40,190 nt of DNA from NCBI GenBank assembly GCA_012523265.1, contig JAAYIU010000071.1, positions 1 to 40,190 of the forward strand. Direction: 5' to 3'. The position numbers and the translations under genes were made by a program. The notes below the pieces were generated by a model, which was not told the DNA's origin, searched no databases, and worked only from the letters and a program-made list of their open reading frames with translations. The DNA comes from Bacteroidales bacterium (lineage in GTDB: Bacteria; Bacteroidota; Bacteroidia; Bacteroidales; 4484-276). Positions within the stretch are counted from its first letter, which is position 1; each line of letters starts with the position of its first letter. Below are positions 28,686 to 36,700 of this stretch, in pieces.

Positions 28686-28849
28686 TACATCTTCATTTGC
28701 ATGGCAATGCAATAGGAAACACGGGGGGATTTTTAAAAAAATGTAATTGTAGTTTTTGCTAAAATTTAGATGAAATGAAAACTGGCATCAGCACAATCTG
28801 ATGCGAAAAGAATAATTCACGGATCGACAAATTTTAAATTTTTAATACT

Positions 28850-30103
28850 ATGAAAACAACACAGTTTACCGAGCATCCGACAGTATTTCATCTCATCGAC
28901 GACTTAAAAAAAGAGGGCATCCCGCAAAAACTTTTCTCCGATGTTGTCGACGACAAGGGGAATCAGTACGTCGAGCTGGTGATGGAAGGCGGCGGCGTGC
29001 TGGGCGTGGCTTTGATAGGCTACAACTATGTGCTCGAACAGATGGGGATTCGGTTTTTCAGCCTGGCGGGTACATCGGCCGGATCGATCAACGCATTGCT
29101 ACTTGCCGCTTTGGGCGACGTTTCGCAGCCCAAAGCAGAGCGGCTGGTGGAGATTCTGGCTAACAAAAACCTGATGGAATTTGTAGATGGCGATAGTGAC
29201 GCACAAAGTTTTGTTAAAGCGCTGATTCAGGGCGACAGCATGATGAAGATGATATGGAAAGGCGCGCAGGTGATCGACAACCTGCGCGAAGATATCGGAC
29301 TAAACCCCGGCGATGACTTTCTGCAATGGATGACAGGGATTTTGAATGACAATGGTATAAAGACAATGGCCGATCTGCAGCGGCAATTTGGGCAGGTGCC
29401 ACCGTCGCTAAAAATCCGCAGCGGTGTCGATAAAAGCATCAGCGGCCTGAATCCGCGCTTTGCGGTTATTGCTGCCGACCTGTCCACCGAAACCAAAGTG
29501 GATTTCCCACGTATGACCCCACTCTATTGGGAAAATCCTGAAGAGGTGAATCCCGCCATTTTTGTCCGCGCATCCATGTCGGTTCCTTACTTTTTCCGGC
29601 CACTCACCATTACCGATTGTCCGGAAGGGCCTCAAGCGCTGACAAATTGGGAGAAGCTGGCCAGCTTCTACGGCGAGCCTCCAAAGACGGCTTATTTTGT
29701 AGATGGCGGCATCCTGTCGAATTTCCCGGTGGATATTTTTCATAAACAAAATGTAGTGCCGCGACTGCCTACCTTTGGCGTGCGACTGGGCATAGACCGC
29801 AATACGGCCAACAAAATTACCGGCCCGGGCAACCTGTTTGGCGCCATGTTCAATTCTATCCGCCACCTGCACGACTACGATTTTATACTGCGCAACCCCG
29901 ACTACAAGATGCTACTCGAAAAAATCGACATCGGCGACCACAACTGGCTCAACTTTGCCATGGATGAGAAATCCAAAATCGACTTATTTGTGCGTGGAGC
30001 AAAGACGGCGGCCAATTTTGTGCGCCGTTTCGACTGGAGCAAATACAAACAAATACGCCAGGCACTGCGCGATTCGGCACTGCAAATTGAGCTGAGGCAA
30101 TAA
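28850..30103 (+). CDS. Patatin-like phospholipase
   Basis: GGGVLG oxyanion loop, GTSAG nucleophile, ASMSVP and DGG motifs. Confidence 0.9.
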   Translation: MKTTQFTEHPTVFHLIDDLKKEGIPQKLFSDVVDDKGNQYVELVMEGGGVLGVALIGYNYVLEQMGIRFFSLAGTSAGSINALLLAALGDVSQPKAERLVEILANKNLMEFVDGDSDAQSFVKALIQGDSMMKMIWKGAQVIDNLREDIGLNPGDDFLQWMTGILNDNGIKTMADLQRQFGQVPPSLKIRSGVDKSISGLNPRFAVIAADLSTETKVDFPRMTPLYWENPEEVNPAIFVRASMSVPYFFRPLTITDCPEGPQALTNWEKLASFYGEPPKTAYFVDGGILSNFPVDIFHKQNVVPRLPTFGVRLGIDRNTANKITGPGNLFGAMFNSIRHLHDYDFILRNPDYKMLLEKIDIGDHNWLNFAMDEKSKIDLFVRGAKTAANFVRRFDWSKYKQIRQALRDSALQIELRQ

Positions 30104-30120
30104 ATCTGATTGCTCCGCAC

Positions 30121-30156
30121 AAAAACCAATGGCGTCGCTTGGAGCGCACCGTTGGT
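30121..30156 (-). terminator. Possible terminator hairpin between convergent patatin and lipid kinase genes
   Basis: Bulged stem ACCAATGG..CGCT-tgg-AGCG..CCGTTGGT with an adjacent A-run (T-run on minus strand). Confidence 0.45.
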
Positions 30157-30175
30157 AAGTTTATGAAAGATAAAG

Positions 30176-30327
30176 AAAAATCGAATCTTGAATATCGAAC
30201 ATTGAATTTTGAATGTTGAAGTTGCTCGATGTATGATGAATCTGAATTCTACGGAAGCAACTGTAGCTGCGCCCCTCTCCTTGCTCTTTGCGCCTTTCGT
30301 CCCGCGCGCTTCGCCCTGCGCCCCGCG
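30176..30327. repeat. Two 7-bp-period tracts, one AT-rich and one GC-rich
   Basis: GAA recurs at 30183, 30190, 30197, 30204, 30211 and 30218; about eight TGCGCCY-like units at 30268-30327. Confidence 0.75.
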
Positions 30328-31239
30328 TTAGCAAATCAGCTTAACGGCTCCCGGCAGCACCTCTATGTCCAGTTGGCGTATGCGCCCCGCCACCTCACCA
30401 TCTACCTGCAGCTCCAGTTGCTTGCTGAAACGAATCCGGGCTTCGCGGCACGAGGTTACTTCCAGATGATCGGGATGATAGCCGGGCGCTTCGGTGACGA
30501 TAGAAGCGGCTGCGTTGAGGAGAAGCATCATGTTTAAGTTTTTAATAATTACCAACTCCACCACGCCATCGTCGGGCTGCCCCTCGGGATTGATGATAGC
30601 GCCGGTGCCATAGCTGCGTGCGTTGGCAATGGCCAGCATCACAGCTTTGCCATGACGGCGCTTGCCTTCCACAGTGATGTGGTACCTAAACCGTTTCTTT
30701 TTGGCTGTCATTTTTTTGACAAACTGGCGGGCATACCCCATCAAACCACGGCCTCCTTCGGCTTCAAAACCTTCGACGATCTGTGCATTAAAACCTGCAT
30801 CACTCAGATGAATCGAATAGTGATCGTTGATTTTGATCATATCAATGTTGCGGTGTCGGCCTTGTTTTATCAGCTCCCAGCATTGCATCAGGCTTTGGCG
30901 GCGGGCAGCGATGGTGATGCCTTTTATCGCCGGAATGTTTAGCTCCGCAGCCATGCCGTTGGCCGATCCTGATGGAAATAGGCCGATGAGCTGATCACGA
31001 TTTTTCAATAAGCGCGACACCATCAGCAAAGAACCATCGCCACCTGACACCACAACCACTTTGGGAGCGTAATCGCCCACCAGTTGCCCGATTTGCTTTT
31101 CGTCGCCGGTGCCGGTAGTTTTATAAATTTTGTAACCGAAACCTTCCTGCTGGGCGCGTTCAGCAACGAAATCTTCGATCAACTGCTTGTCGATTCCGCC
31201 TGCAATAGGATTGATAATAAAAAGGTAGCGTGCCGGCAT
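30328..31239 (-). CDS. Diacylglycerol kinase family lipid kinase (YegS/DgkB-like)
   Basis: INPIAG, SGGDGS, PSGSANGMA, AGFNA, ANARSYG and QVDGE motifs; start uncertain (31239 or 31263). Confidence 0.88.
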   Translation of the reverse strand: MPARYLFIINPIAGGIDKQLIEDFVAERAQQEGFGYKIYKTTGTGDEKQIGQLVGDYAPKVVVVSGGDGSLLMVSRLLKNRDQLIGLFPSGSANGMAAELNIPAIKGITIAARRQSLMQCWELIKQGRHRNIDMIKINDHYSIHLSDAGFNAQIVEGFEAEGGRGLMGYARQFVKKMTAKKKRFRYHITVEGKRRHGKAVMLAIANARSYGTGAIINPEGQPDDGVVELVIIKNLNMMLLLNAAASIVTEAPGYHPDHLEVTSCREARIRFSKQLELQVDGEVAGRIRQLDIEVLPGAVKLIC

Positions 31240-31328
31240 AACTTGTAGTGTTTTGATAGACATGAACGAATTACTGAACAAAAAGTAATTTTTTTAATTC
31301 ATTTTAATAAACAATATCTGATAACACG

Positions 31329-32237
31329 ATGAAAAGCGAAATTATCCCTTACAGCGGATTTGCTAACCATGAAAAGATTTATGTCGCCGGCCATGCTTTC
31401 AAAAGCTATAAACTGGGTAATGTGCGCGAAGATCAGCGCCGGCTTCGCAACTTCCTGCAGATGATCCGTCGCTACCGACTCCGGCCACTCACCGATATGC
31501 CGATAGAGGTGCAGATAAACGGCAGCGTCCATACCGTTACCACCAACAGCAAAGGTTTTTTTAGCGGCGTGTTTCCAAGTAGTGGCAAGCCCAAAGGCTG
31601 GGAGCCTTATCAGCTTAAGCTCGACGGGATGGACAAAACCGTGGAGGGACAATTTCTGGCTGCCGACCGGCACAGCGTGGGCGTTATCTCCGACATCGAC
31701 GATACGCTAATTGTTTCGCATGCTACGCGTTTGCTAAAAAAGGTGGCGCTGATGCTTTTCAAAAATGCTTACTCCCGTAAAACCGTTCCCAACATCGACG
31801 AGTTTTATGAAAAAATCAAAAGCCTCAACGACGGCAAGCTCCCCAACGATTTTTTCTACGTAAGCAACAGCGAGTGGAACCTCTTCGACCTCTTGCACAA
31901 CATCTTCTACATCCATCATTTACCCGAAGGTATATTTTTATTAAATGAGCTGAAAGTTGGATTGTGGGAGCCTGTGCGTGCCGGCAACACACATTCTAAG
32001 CATAAAATTAACATCATCAAGTTTCTTTTAAAGTTTTACCCCGACAAACAGTTTATCCTGCTGGGCGACAATGGCCAGAAAGACATGACCATCTATTCGG
32101 AGATATGCACCAGCCAGCCGCACCGCATAAAAGGGGTGCTGATACGGATACTAAAACGCAAAGGGATGAAGCAATACCACGCTTTCGAAGAGCGCATTTC
32201 AGGGCTAAATATTCCGGTGGGATATCTTAGCGAATAG
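31329..32237 (+). CDS. App1-family phosphatidate phosphatase-like protein (DUF2183)
   Basis: GVISDIDDT HAD-type motif, FYVSNSEWNL, and FILLGDNGQKD..IY motifs. Confidence 0.8.
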   Translation: MKSEIIPYSGFANHEKIYVAGHAFKSYKLGNVREDQRRLRNFLQMIRRYRLRPLTDMPIEVQINGSVHTVTTNSKGFFSGVFPSSGKPKGWEPYQLKLDGMDKTVEGQFLAADRHSVGVISDIDDTLIVSHATRLLKKVALMLFKNAYSRKTVPNIDEFYEKIKSLNDGKLPNDFFYVSNSEWNLFDLLHNIFYIHHLPEGIFLLNELKVGLWEPVRAGNTHSKHKINIIKFLLKFYPDKQFILLGDNGQKDMTIYSEICTSQPHRIKGVLIRILKRKGMKQYHAFEERISGLNIPVGYLSE

Positions 32238-32273
32238 GCCTTGGTCTTCAGTAAGAAGTCTACATCAAAAATT

Positions 32274-32550
32274 ACTGCAGAGAGCCTCTGCGGTGATTCT
32301 TATCTTTTCTCTGTTTTCTCAGTGCCTTCTCTGCGTCCTCTGTGGTAAAAAAAAGAGCGCGCAGCGCGATCTTTATTCCTCTGTGGTGATTATTCAAAAA
32401 GCAAAAACCGCGGAGACGCCAAGACGCGGAGAAAAAGATAATAACGCTGCGCCTCTCCGCCTCTGCGGTGATTCTTATCTTTTCTCTGTTTTCTCAGTGC
32501 CTTCTCTGCGTCCTCTGTGGTAAAAAAAAGGATCGCGAAACGCGATCTTT
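32274..32550. repeat. Two tandem copies of a ~175-bp modular palindromic repeat, left of ssb
   Basis: CTCTGCGGTGATTC...CTCTGTGGTAAAAAAAAG recurs at 32286 and 32461; the first copy has a collapsed first hairpin. Confidence 0.92.
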
Positions 32551-32630
32551 GAAAACTTGTTGCATATCGAAAACAACTTGTCTCTCCTTTCGCTTTCATC
32601 ATGTCCGCAGTTTGTGTTCAGCACTATCAT

Positions 32631-32726
32631 TATCCGTTTGTAAACGGTTAGAAACAACTATATCCGCTTTGAAACAGATACAAATGTTTATTAACCGAAT
32701 CAGGCGCGAGCCCCGTGCTATCTTTG
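32631..32726 (+). promoter_or_regulatory. ssb promoter: -7 box plus upstream palindromic, 10-bp-phased motifs
   Basis: TATCTTTG at 32719-32726; CCGTTT-GT-AAACGG at 32634-32647; a second TATCCG-led imperfect palindrome 30 bp later. Confidence 0.55.
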
Positions 32727-32770
32727 CTTCATAATTATTTATTCATTTATAAATTAAAAAACTTACTACT

Positions 32771-33112
32771 ATGAAATCTTTAAGAAACAGTGTTCACCTG
32801 ATCGGCAACCTGGGAATGGATCCGGAAGTAAAAGATGTGTCTAATGGCCGCAAAATGGCTCGCTTCTCGCTGGCCACCTCCGACAGTTACATCAACCAAA
32901 AAGGCGAGAAAGTTACCGAAACCCAATGGCACAACCTGGTAATCTGGGGCAAGCTGGCCGAAGTGGCCGGGCAATATCTAAAAAAAGGAAAGCAAATAGC
33001 TGTAGAAGGCAAACTGGAAACCAGCATCTTCGACGACAAAAATGGCAACCGCAAGTATTACACGCAAATTGTGGTAAACGACCTGCTTATGCTCAGCGGG
33101 AAAAGCAACTAA
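32771..33112 (+). CDS. ssb: Short single-stranded DNA-binding protein (OB fold only, no acidic tail)
   Basis: NSVHLIGNLGMDPE, FSLATSD, TQWHNLVIWGKLAE and LKKGKQIAVEGKL motifs; 113 aa ending LMLSGKSN. Confidence 0.93.
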   Translation: MKSLRNSVHLIGNLGMDPEVKDVSNGRKMARFSLATSDSYINQKGEKVTETQWHNLVIWGKLAEVAGQYLKKGKQIAVEGKLETSIFDDKNGNRKYYTQIVVNDLLMLSGKSN

Positions 33113-33125
33113 AAGTTGGGATTAA

Positions 33126-33433
33126 ACCGCGGAGACGCCAAGACGCGGAGAAAAAGATAATTACGCTGCGCCTCTGCGTCTCTGCGGTGATTCTACTCTT
33201 TTCTCTGTTTTCTCAGTGCCTTCTCTGCGTCCTCTGTGGTAAAAAAAAGAGCGCGCAGCGCGATCTTTGTGCCTCTGTGGTGATTCTTCAAAAAGCAAAA
33301 AACCGCGGAGACGCCAAGACGCGGAGAAAACAATAATAACGCTCCGTCTCTGCGGTGATTCAAAGCTTTTCTCTGTTTTCTCAGTGCCTTCTCTGCGTCC
33401 TCTGTGGTAAAAAAAGAGCGCACAGCGCGATAT
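33126..33433. repeat. Two tandem copies of the same ~176-bp repeat, right of ssb
   Basis: ACCGCGGAGACGCCAAGACGCGGAG starts at 33126 and 33302, same orientation as the copy at 32407. Confidence 0.92.
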
Positions 33434-33472
33434 TCTTAGTTAAACATCCAATAGTACCGCACTCGAAGAAAA

Positions 33473-34792
33473 CTACTCCCGCTGAAAAGTATAAACACCT
33501 CCACTTTGCATAAGCGTCATTTCGTTCGCTTCCGGATTGAACCGCATGACGATGCCGGCAGGAACAAACCCAAACTGATGCTCGCCGGTGGCAGTGAGCG
33601 GAAATGCCGGCTGCCCGGTAGCTTGCGCCATAAGCGTGCTATCCTCGCGGCTAATGGTGATCTTTAACGGAATATCATCGGAAGAATAAATACCAGTATA
33701 GCGATCGAGCTTTTCGGGTGGTAAAGTCAACGCGGCTGAAAAAACAGGCAACTGATAATCTTTCCCGAAAAATATGCTCAGCGCACCAATCAAAATATCG
33801 TTACGGGGCATCGACACAGCGTTGGTAGTGTAGGCAACGAATACTTCATCATCGGGAAAATAAGCTGCCATCGCCTGAAATCCATCGATGCCGCCGGTGT
33901 GCCCAAAAGCCTGGCGTTCAAAGAAGGGATAGGTAAAAAGCCCTAAACCATAACCATCGCGAATGTCCACCATCTGTTGGCGGGCGCTGTCGCTAATGAG
34001 TGTTCCGGTGAAAAGGCAAATCATAAAACGATTCAGATCGGCAGGTGTCGACACTACCCCGCCGGCGCCCATGGCTGCCGAGGTACTGGTTTCGGGCATA
34101 AGCTCCCACCTGGTGGCGCGGGCATACGAAAATGCCTCGTTGCGATCGCTGTTGGTGGCGCCACCAAAATAAGTATTCAGCAGCCCACAAGGTTTGGCGA
34201 TGCGCTGCTGCAAGAGTACGTCGTACCGTTGGCCGGTAATCTCTTCGGCGATGTAGGAAAGCAGCAAATAGTTGGTATTAGAATATTCAGCCTTTTCATC
34301 AGGCCCGAACACTACACCGCCCTCTTTTACCCGCAGCAGCATCTGCTCGCGCGACTGAGGCTCGTAGCACCATTGCCCATATTCGGGATTATCGGTGTAG
34401 TTGTACAATCCGCTGCGATGCCCCAGCAACTGATGGATGGTGATCTTATCGGCATTGGGAAGAAGCGGGAAAAATTTATCCAGCTTCGTCGCAAGCGTCA
34501 ACTGTTTTTCGTCGATAAGCTGCATGATGATCACCGCAGTAAATGTTTTGGAAATGCTTCCGATACGGTATTTGGTAAGTGCATCGGCGGGCATCTCTGC
34601 TTCGATATTGGCATAGCCAAAAGTGTTTTGATACACTTCCTTTCCATTTTTAAAAATAGAAATGCTGCCCATGCCCTGGTGGTTTTCGTCGATACGCTGA
34701 AACAGCGAGTCGAGTTTGGCTGTGTTTACAGATTGTGCAGCAACAGCAAGGCTGGCCAGCACTAGCGAAAAAAAGAGGAATTGTTTTTTCAT
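33473..34792 (-). CDS. Serine hydrolase (beta-lactamase class C / DD-peptidase fold) with C-terminal DUF3471-like domain
   Basis: Signal peptide; SISK (SxxK), LLGHRSGL, YSNTNY and GHTGG motifs; C-terminal QATGQPAFPL region. Confidence 0.85.
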   Translation of the reverse strand: MKKQFLFFSLVLASLAVAAQSVNTAKLDSLFQRIDENHQGMGSISIFKNGKEVYQNTFGYANIEAEMPADALTKYRIGSISKTFTAVIIMQLIDEKQLTLATKLDKFFPLLPNADKITIHQLLGHRSGLYNYTDNPEYGQWCYEPQSREQMLLRVKEGGVVFGPDEKAEYSNTNYLLLSYIAEEITGQRYDVLLQQRIAKPCGLLNTYFGGATNSDRNEAFSYARATRWELMPETSTSAAMGAGGVVSTPADLNRFMICLFTGTLISDSARQQMVDIRDGYGLGLFTYPFFERQAFGHTGGIDGFQAMAAYFPDDEVFVAYTTNAVSMPRNDILIGALSIFFGKDYQLPVFSAALTLPPEKLDRYTGIYSSDDIPLKITISREDSTLMAQATGQPAFPLTATGEHQFGFVPAGIVMRFNPEANEMTLMQSGGVYTFQRE

Positions 34793-34853
34793 AAAAATAA
34801 TGATTGATTATAACCTTTTAGACATCAAAAAAAGAATTTGGATACACTACATG

Positions 34854-34861
34854 CAAAATTA
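34854..34861 (-). promoter_or_regulatory. -7 box for the serine hydrolase
   Basis: CAAAATTA reads TAATTTTG on the minus strand. Confidence 0.55.
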
Positions 34862-35024
34862 CAGAAACATATTCAGGATGTCCGATATTCCGATTCACAG
34901 ATTACCAATTTTTAAAATTTAAAATTCCACGTTTCTTTTTTTCTTCCAACGCTCTCACCTGACGCTTTTCCTGATTGTTAATAAAAATAGTTCCTTTTGT
35001 TTTTCCATCGCGATCATAATGGGG

Positions 35025-35032
35025 TAATTTTG
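35025..35032 (+). promoter_or_regulatory. -7 box for dnaB, 4 bp before the ATG
   Basis: TAATTTTG-cacc-ATG. Confidence 0.6.
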
Positions 35033-35036
35033 CACC

Positions 35037-36635
35037 ATGGCAGAACAGGAAAAAACATTTCAGAACAAGACGCAGGTGGCTGATACTGAGAACCGCAGGA
35101 AAGTGCAGCGCACCCATACACAGAATTATTTCGAGTACGGCAAAATACCGCCCCAGGCGCTCGACCTGGAGGAGGCGGTGCTGGGCGCATTACTCATCGA
35201 TCAGAAGGCGCTATCGGAGACGGTGGACTTTCTGAAGACGGAGATGTTTTACACCGAAGCACATCGCAAGATTTACTCCGCAATCGTCGAATTATTTGCA
35301 AAGCAGCAGCCCGTCGATATGCTTACCGTTACCAACCAGCTCAAGAGCAGCGGCGACCTTGAACTTGTCGGCGGCGCCTATTACGTTGCGCAGCTTACAC
35401 GCCGGGTAGCCTCGGCGGCCAACATCGAATACCACGCCCGCATCATCCTGCAAAAGTATATCCAGCGGCGTCTCATCGAAATCTCCGCCGAGATCACTAC
35501 CGAAGCCTTCGAGGATTCTGCTGACGTATTCGACCTGCTCGACAAAGCCGAGCAGAAGCTCTTCTCGGTGAGCGAAAACAACCTGCGCCGCGACCATTCT
35601 GATATGACTTCGCTGGTCAGGGAAGCCATCGAAAACATCGAGAAAGCCAGCAAGCAAGATGGCCCCTACCGCGGTGTTCCTACCGGCTTCACTGATCTCG
35701 ACAATATTACGGGCGGCTGGCAAAAATCGGACTTGGTGGTGCTGGCCGCGCGCCCCGGCATGGGCAAAACGGCTTTTGTGCTTTCTATGGCGCGTAATGC
35801 AGCAGTGACTTACAACCGCCCCGTGGCGGTTTTCTCCCTGGAGATGGCAGCCGTACACCTGGTGCCACGACTGATCCCCAGTGAGACGGAACTCTCGGCA
35901 GAGAAGCTCAAAAAACGTCAGTTGCGTGAACACGAATGGCAACAGCTTCACACACGCATCGTTGGTCTGGTAGATGCACCACTGTATATCGACGATACGC
36001 CCGCTCTTACTATCTTCGAGCTGCGTGCCAAAGCCCGGCGCATGAAGCAGCAGTACAACATCCAACTCATCGTCATCGACTATATACAGCTCATGCAGGG
36101 CGGCAACGACAAAGGCAACCGCGAGCAGGAGATCAGCAACATTTCGCGCAGCCTCAAGAGCCTGGCCAAAGAACTCGACATACCTATTGTGGCGCTTTCG
36201 CAACTCAACCGCTCGGTGGAGACGCGAGGAGGCCTAAAAAAACCCATCCTCTCCGACCTCCGCGAATCGGGCGCTATCGAGCAGGATGCCGACATGGTGC
36301 TCTTCATCTACCGCCCCGAATATTATAAAATAGATGAAATGGAAGATGGCTCATCTTCGGCAGGCATGGCCGAACTCATCATCGCAAAGCACCGCAACGG
36401 CGCTCTTGCCGATGTTAAACTACGCTTTATCGCACAGTTTGCGCAATTTACCGATAGCAATGCCAAGTTTAACTATCCGGGTGACGAAGCCATGGCTCCC
36501 AACAATGCTTTCGATGATCGCGTGATTACCTTCCAAAGTAAAATGAACGACAACGACGATTTCACGCATCCGCGCGGGAGCGGCAATGACGAATTTATTC
36601 CGCCAGAGGAAGACCGCGACGGTGCACCATTCTAA
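35037..36635 (+). CDS. dnaB: Replicative DNA helicase
   Basis: PPQALDLEEAVLG, ARPGMGKT, FSLEM, IDYIQLM, LSQLNR, LSDLRESGAIEQDAD and KHRNG motifs. Confidence 0.97.
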   Translation: MAEQEKTFQNKTQVADTENRRKVQRTHTQNYFEYGKIPPQALDLEEAVLGALLIDQKALSETVDFLKTEMFYTEAHRKIYSAIVELFAKQQPVDMLTVTNQLKSSGDLELVGGAYYVAQLTRRVASAANIEYHARIILQKYIQRRLIEISAEITTEAFEDSADVFDLLDKAEQKLFSVSENNLRRDHSDMTSLVREAIENIEKASKQDGPYRGVPTGFTDLDNITGGWQKSDLVVLAARPGMGKTAFVLSMARNAAVTYNRPVAVFSLEMAAVHLVPRLIPSETELSAEKLKKRQLREHEWQQLHTRIVGLVDAPLYIDDTPALTIFELRAKARRMKQQYNIQLIVIDYIQLMQGGNDKGNREQEISNISRSLKSLAKELDIPIVALSQLNRSVETRGGLKKPILSDLRESGAIEQDADMVLFIYRPEYYKIDEMEDGSSSAGMAELIIAKHRNGALADVKLRFIAQFAQFTDSNAKFNYPGDEAMAPNNAFDDRVITFQSKMNDNDDFTHPRGSGNDEFIPPEEDRDGAPF

Positions 36636-36700
36636 CAACGCCTCCACAATAACAGCCGGCATTTTTCATTATTAATGCTGACAATCAATCATAACGCATC

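Noticed and set aside
28850-30103. Patatin as a CBASS CapV-type defence effector
   Set aside because: No CD-NTase or other defence genes adjacent; the neighbours are metabolic and lipid genes.
32551-33120. Prophage or ICE origin for the ssb
   Set aside because: No integrase, relaxase or phage genes in the window; short second SSBs are common chromosomal genes in Bacteroidota.
32293-33423. Short ORFs in the repeats (32293-32523, 32390-32602, 32468-32734, 33193-33423; also 22531-22719)
   Set aside because: They are translations of the repeat units, recur with the repeat and show no protein-family motifs.
35292-36203. 303-aa minus-strand ORF
   Set aside because: Antisense shadow of dnaB.
35037-36635. 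Intein in DnaB
   Set aside because: Length is ordinary (532 aa) and the helicase motifs are contiguous.
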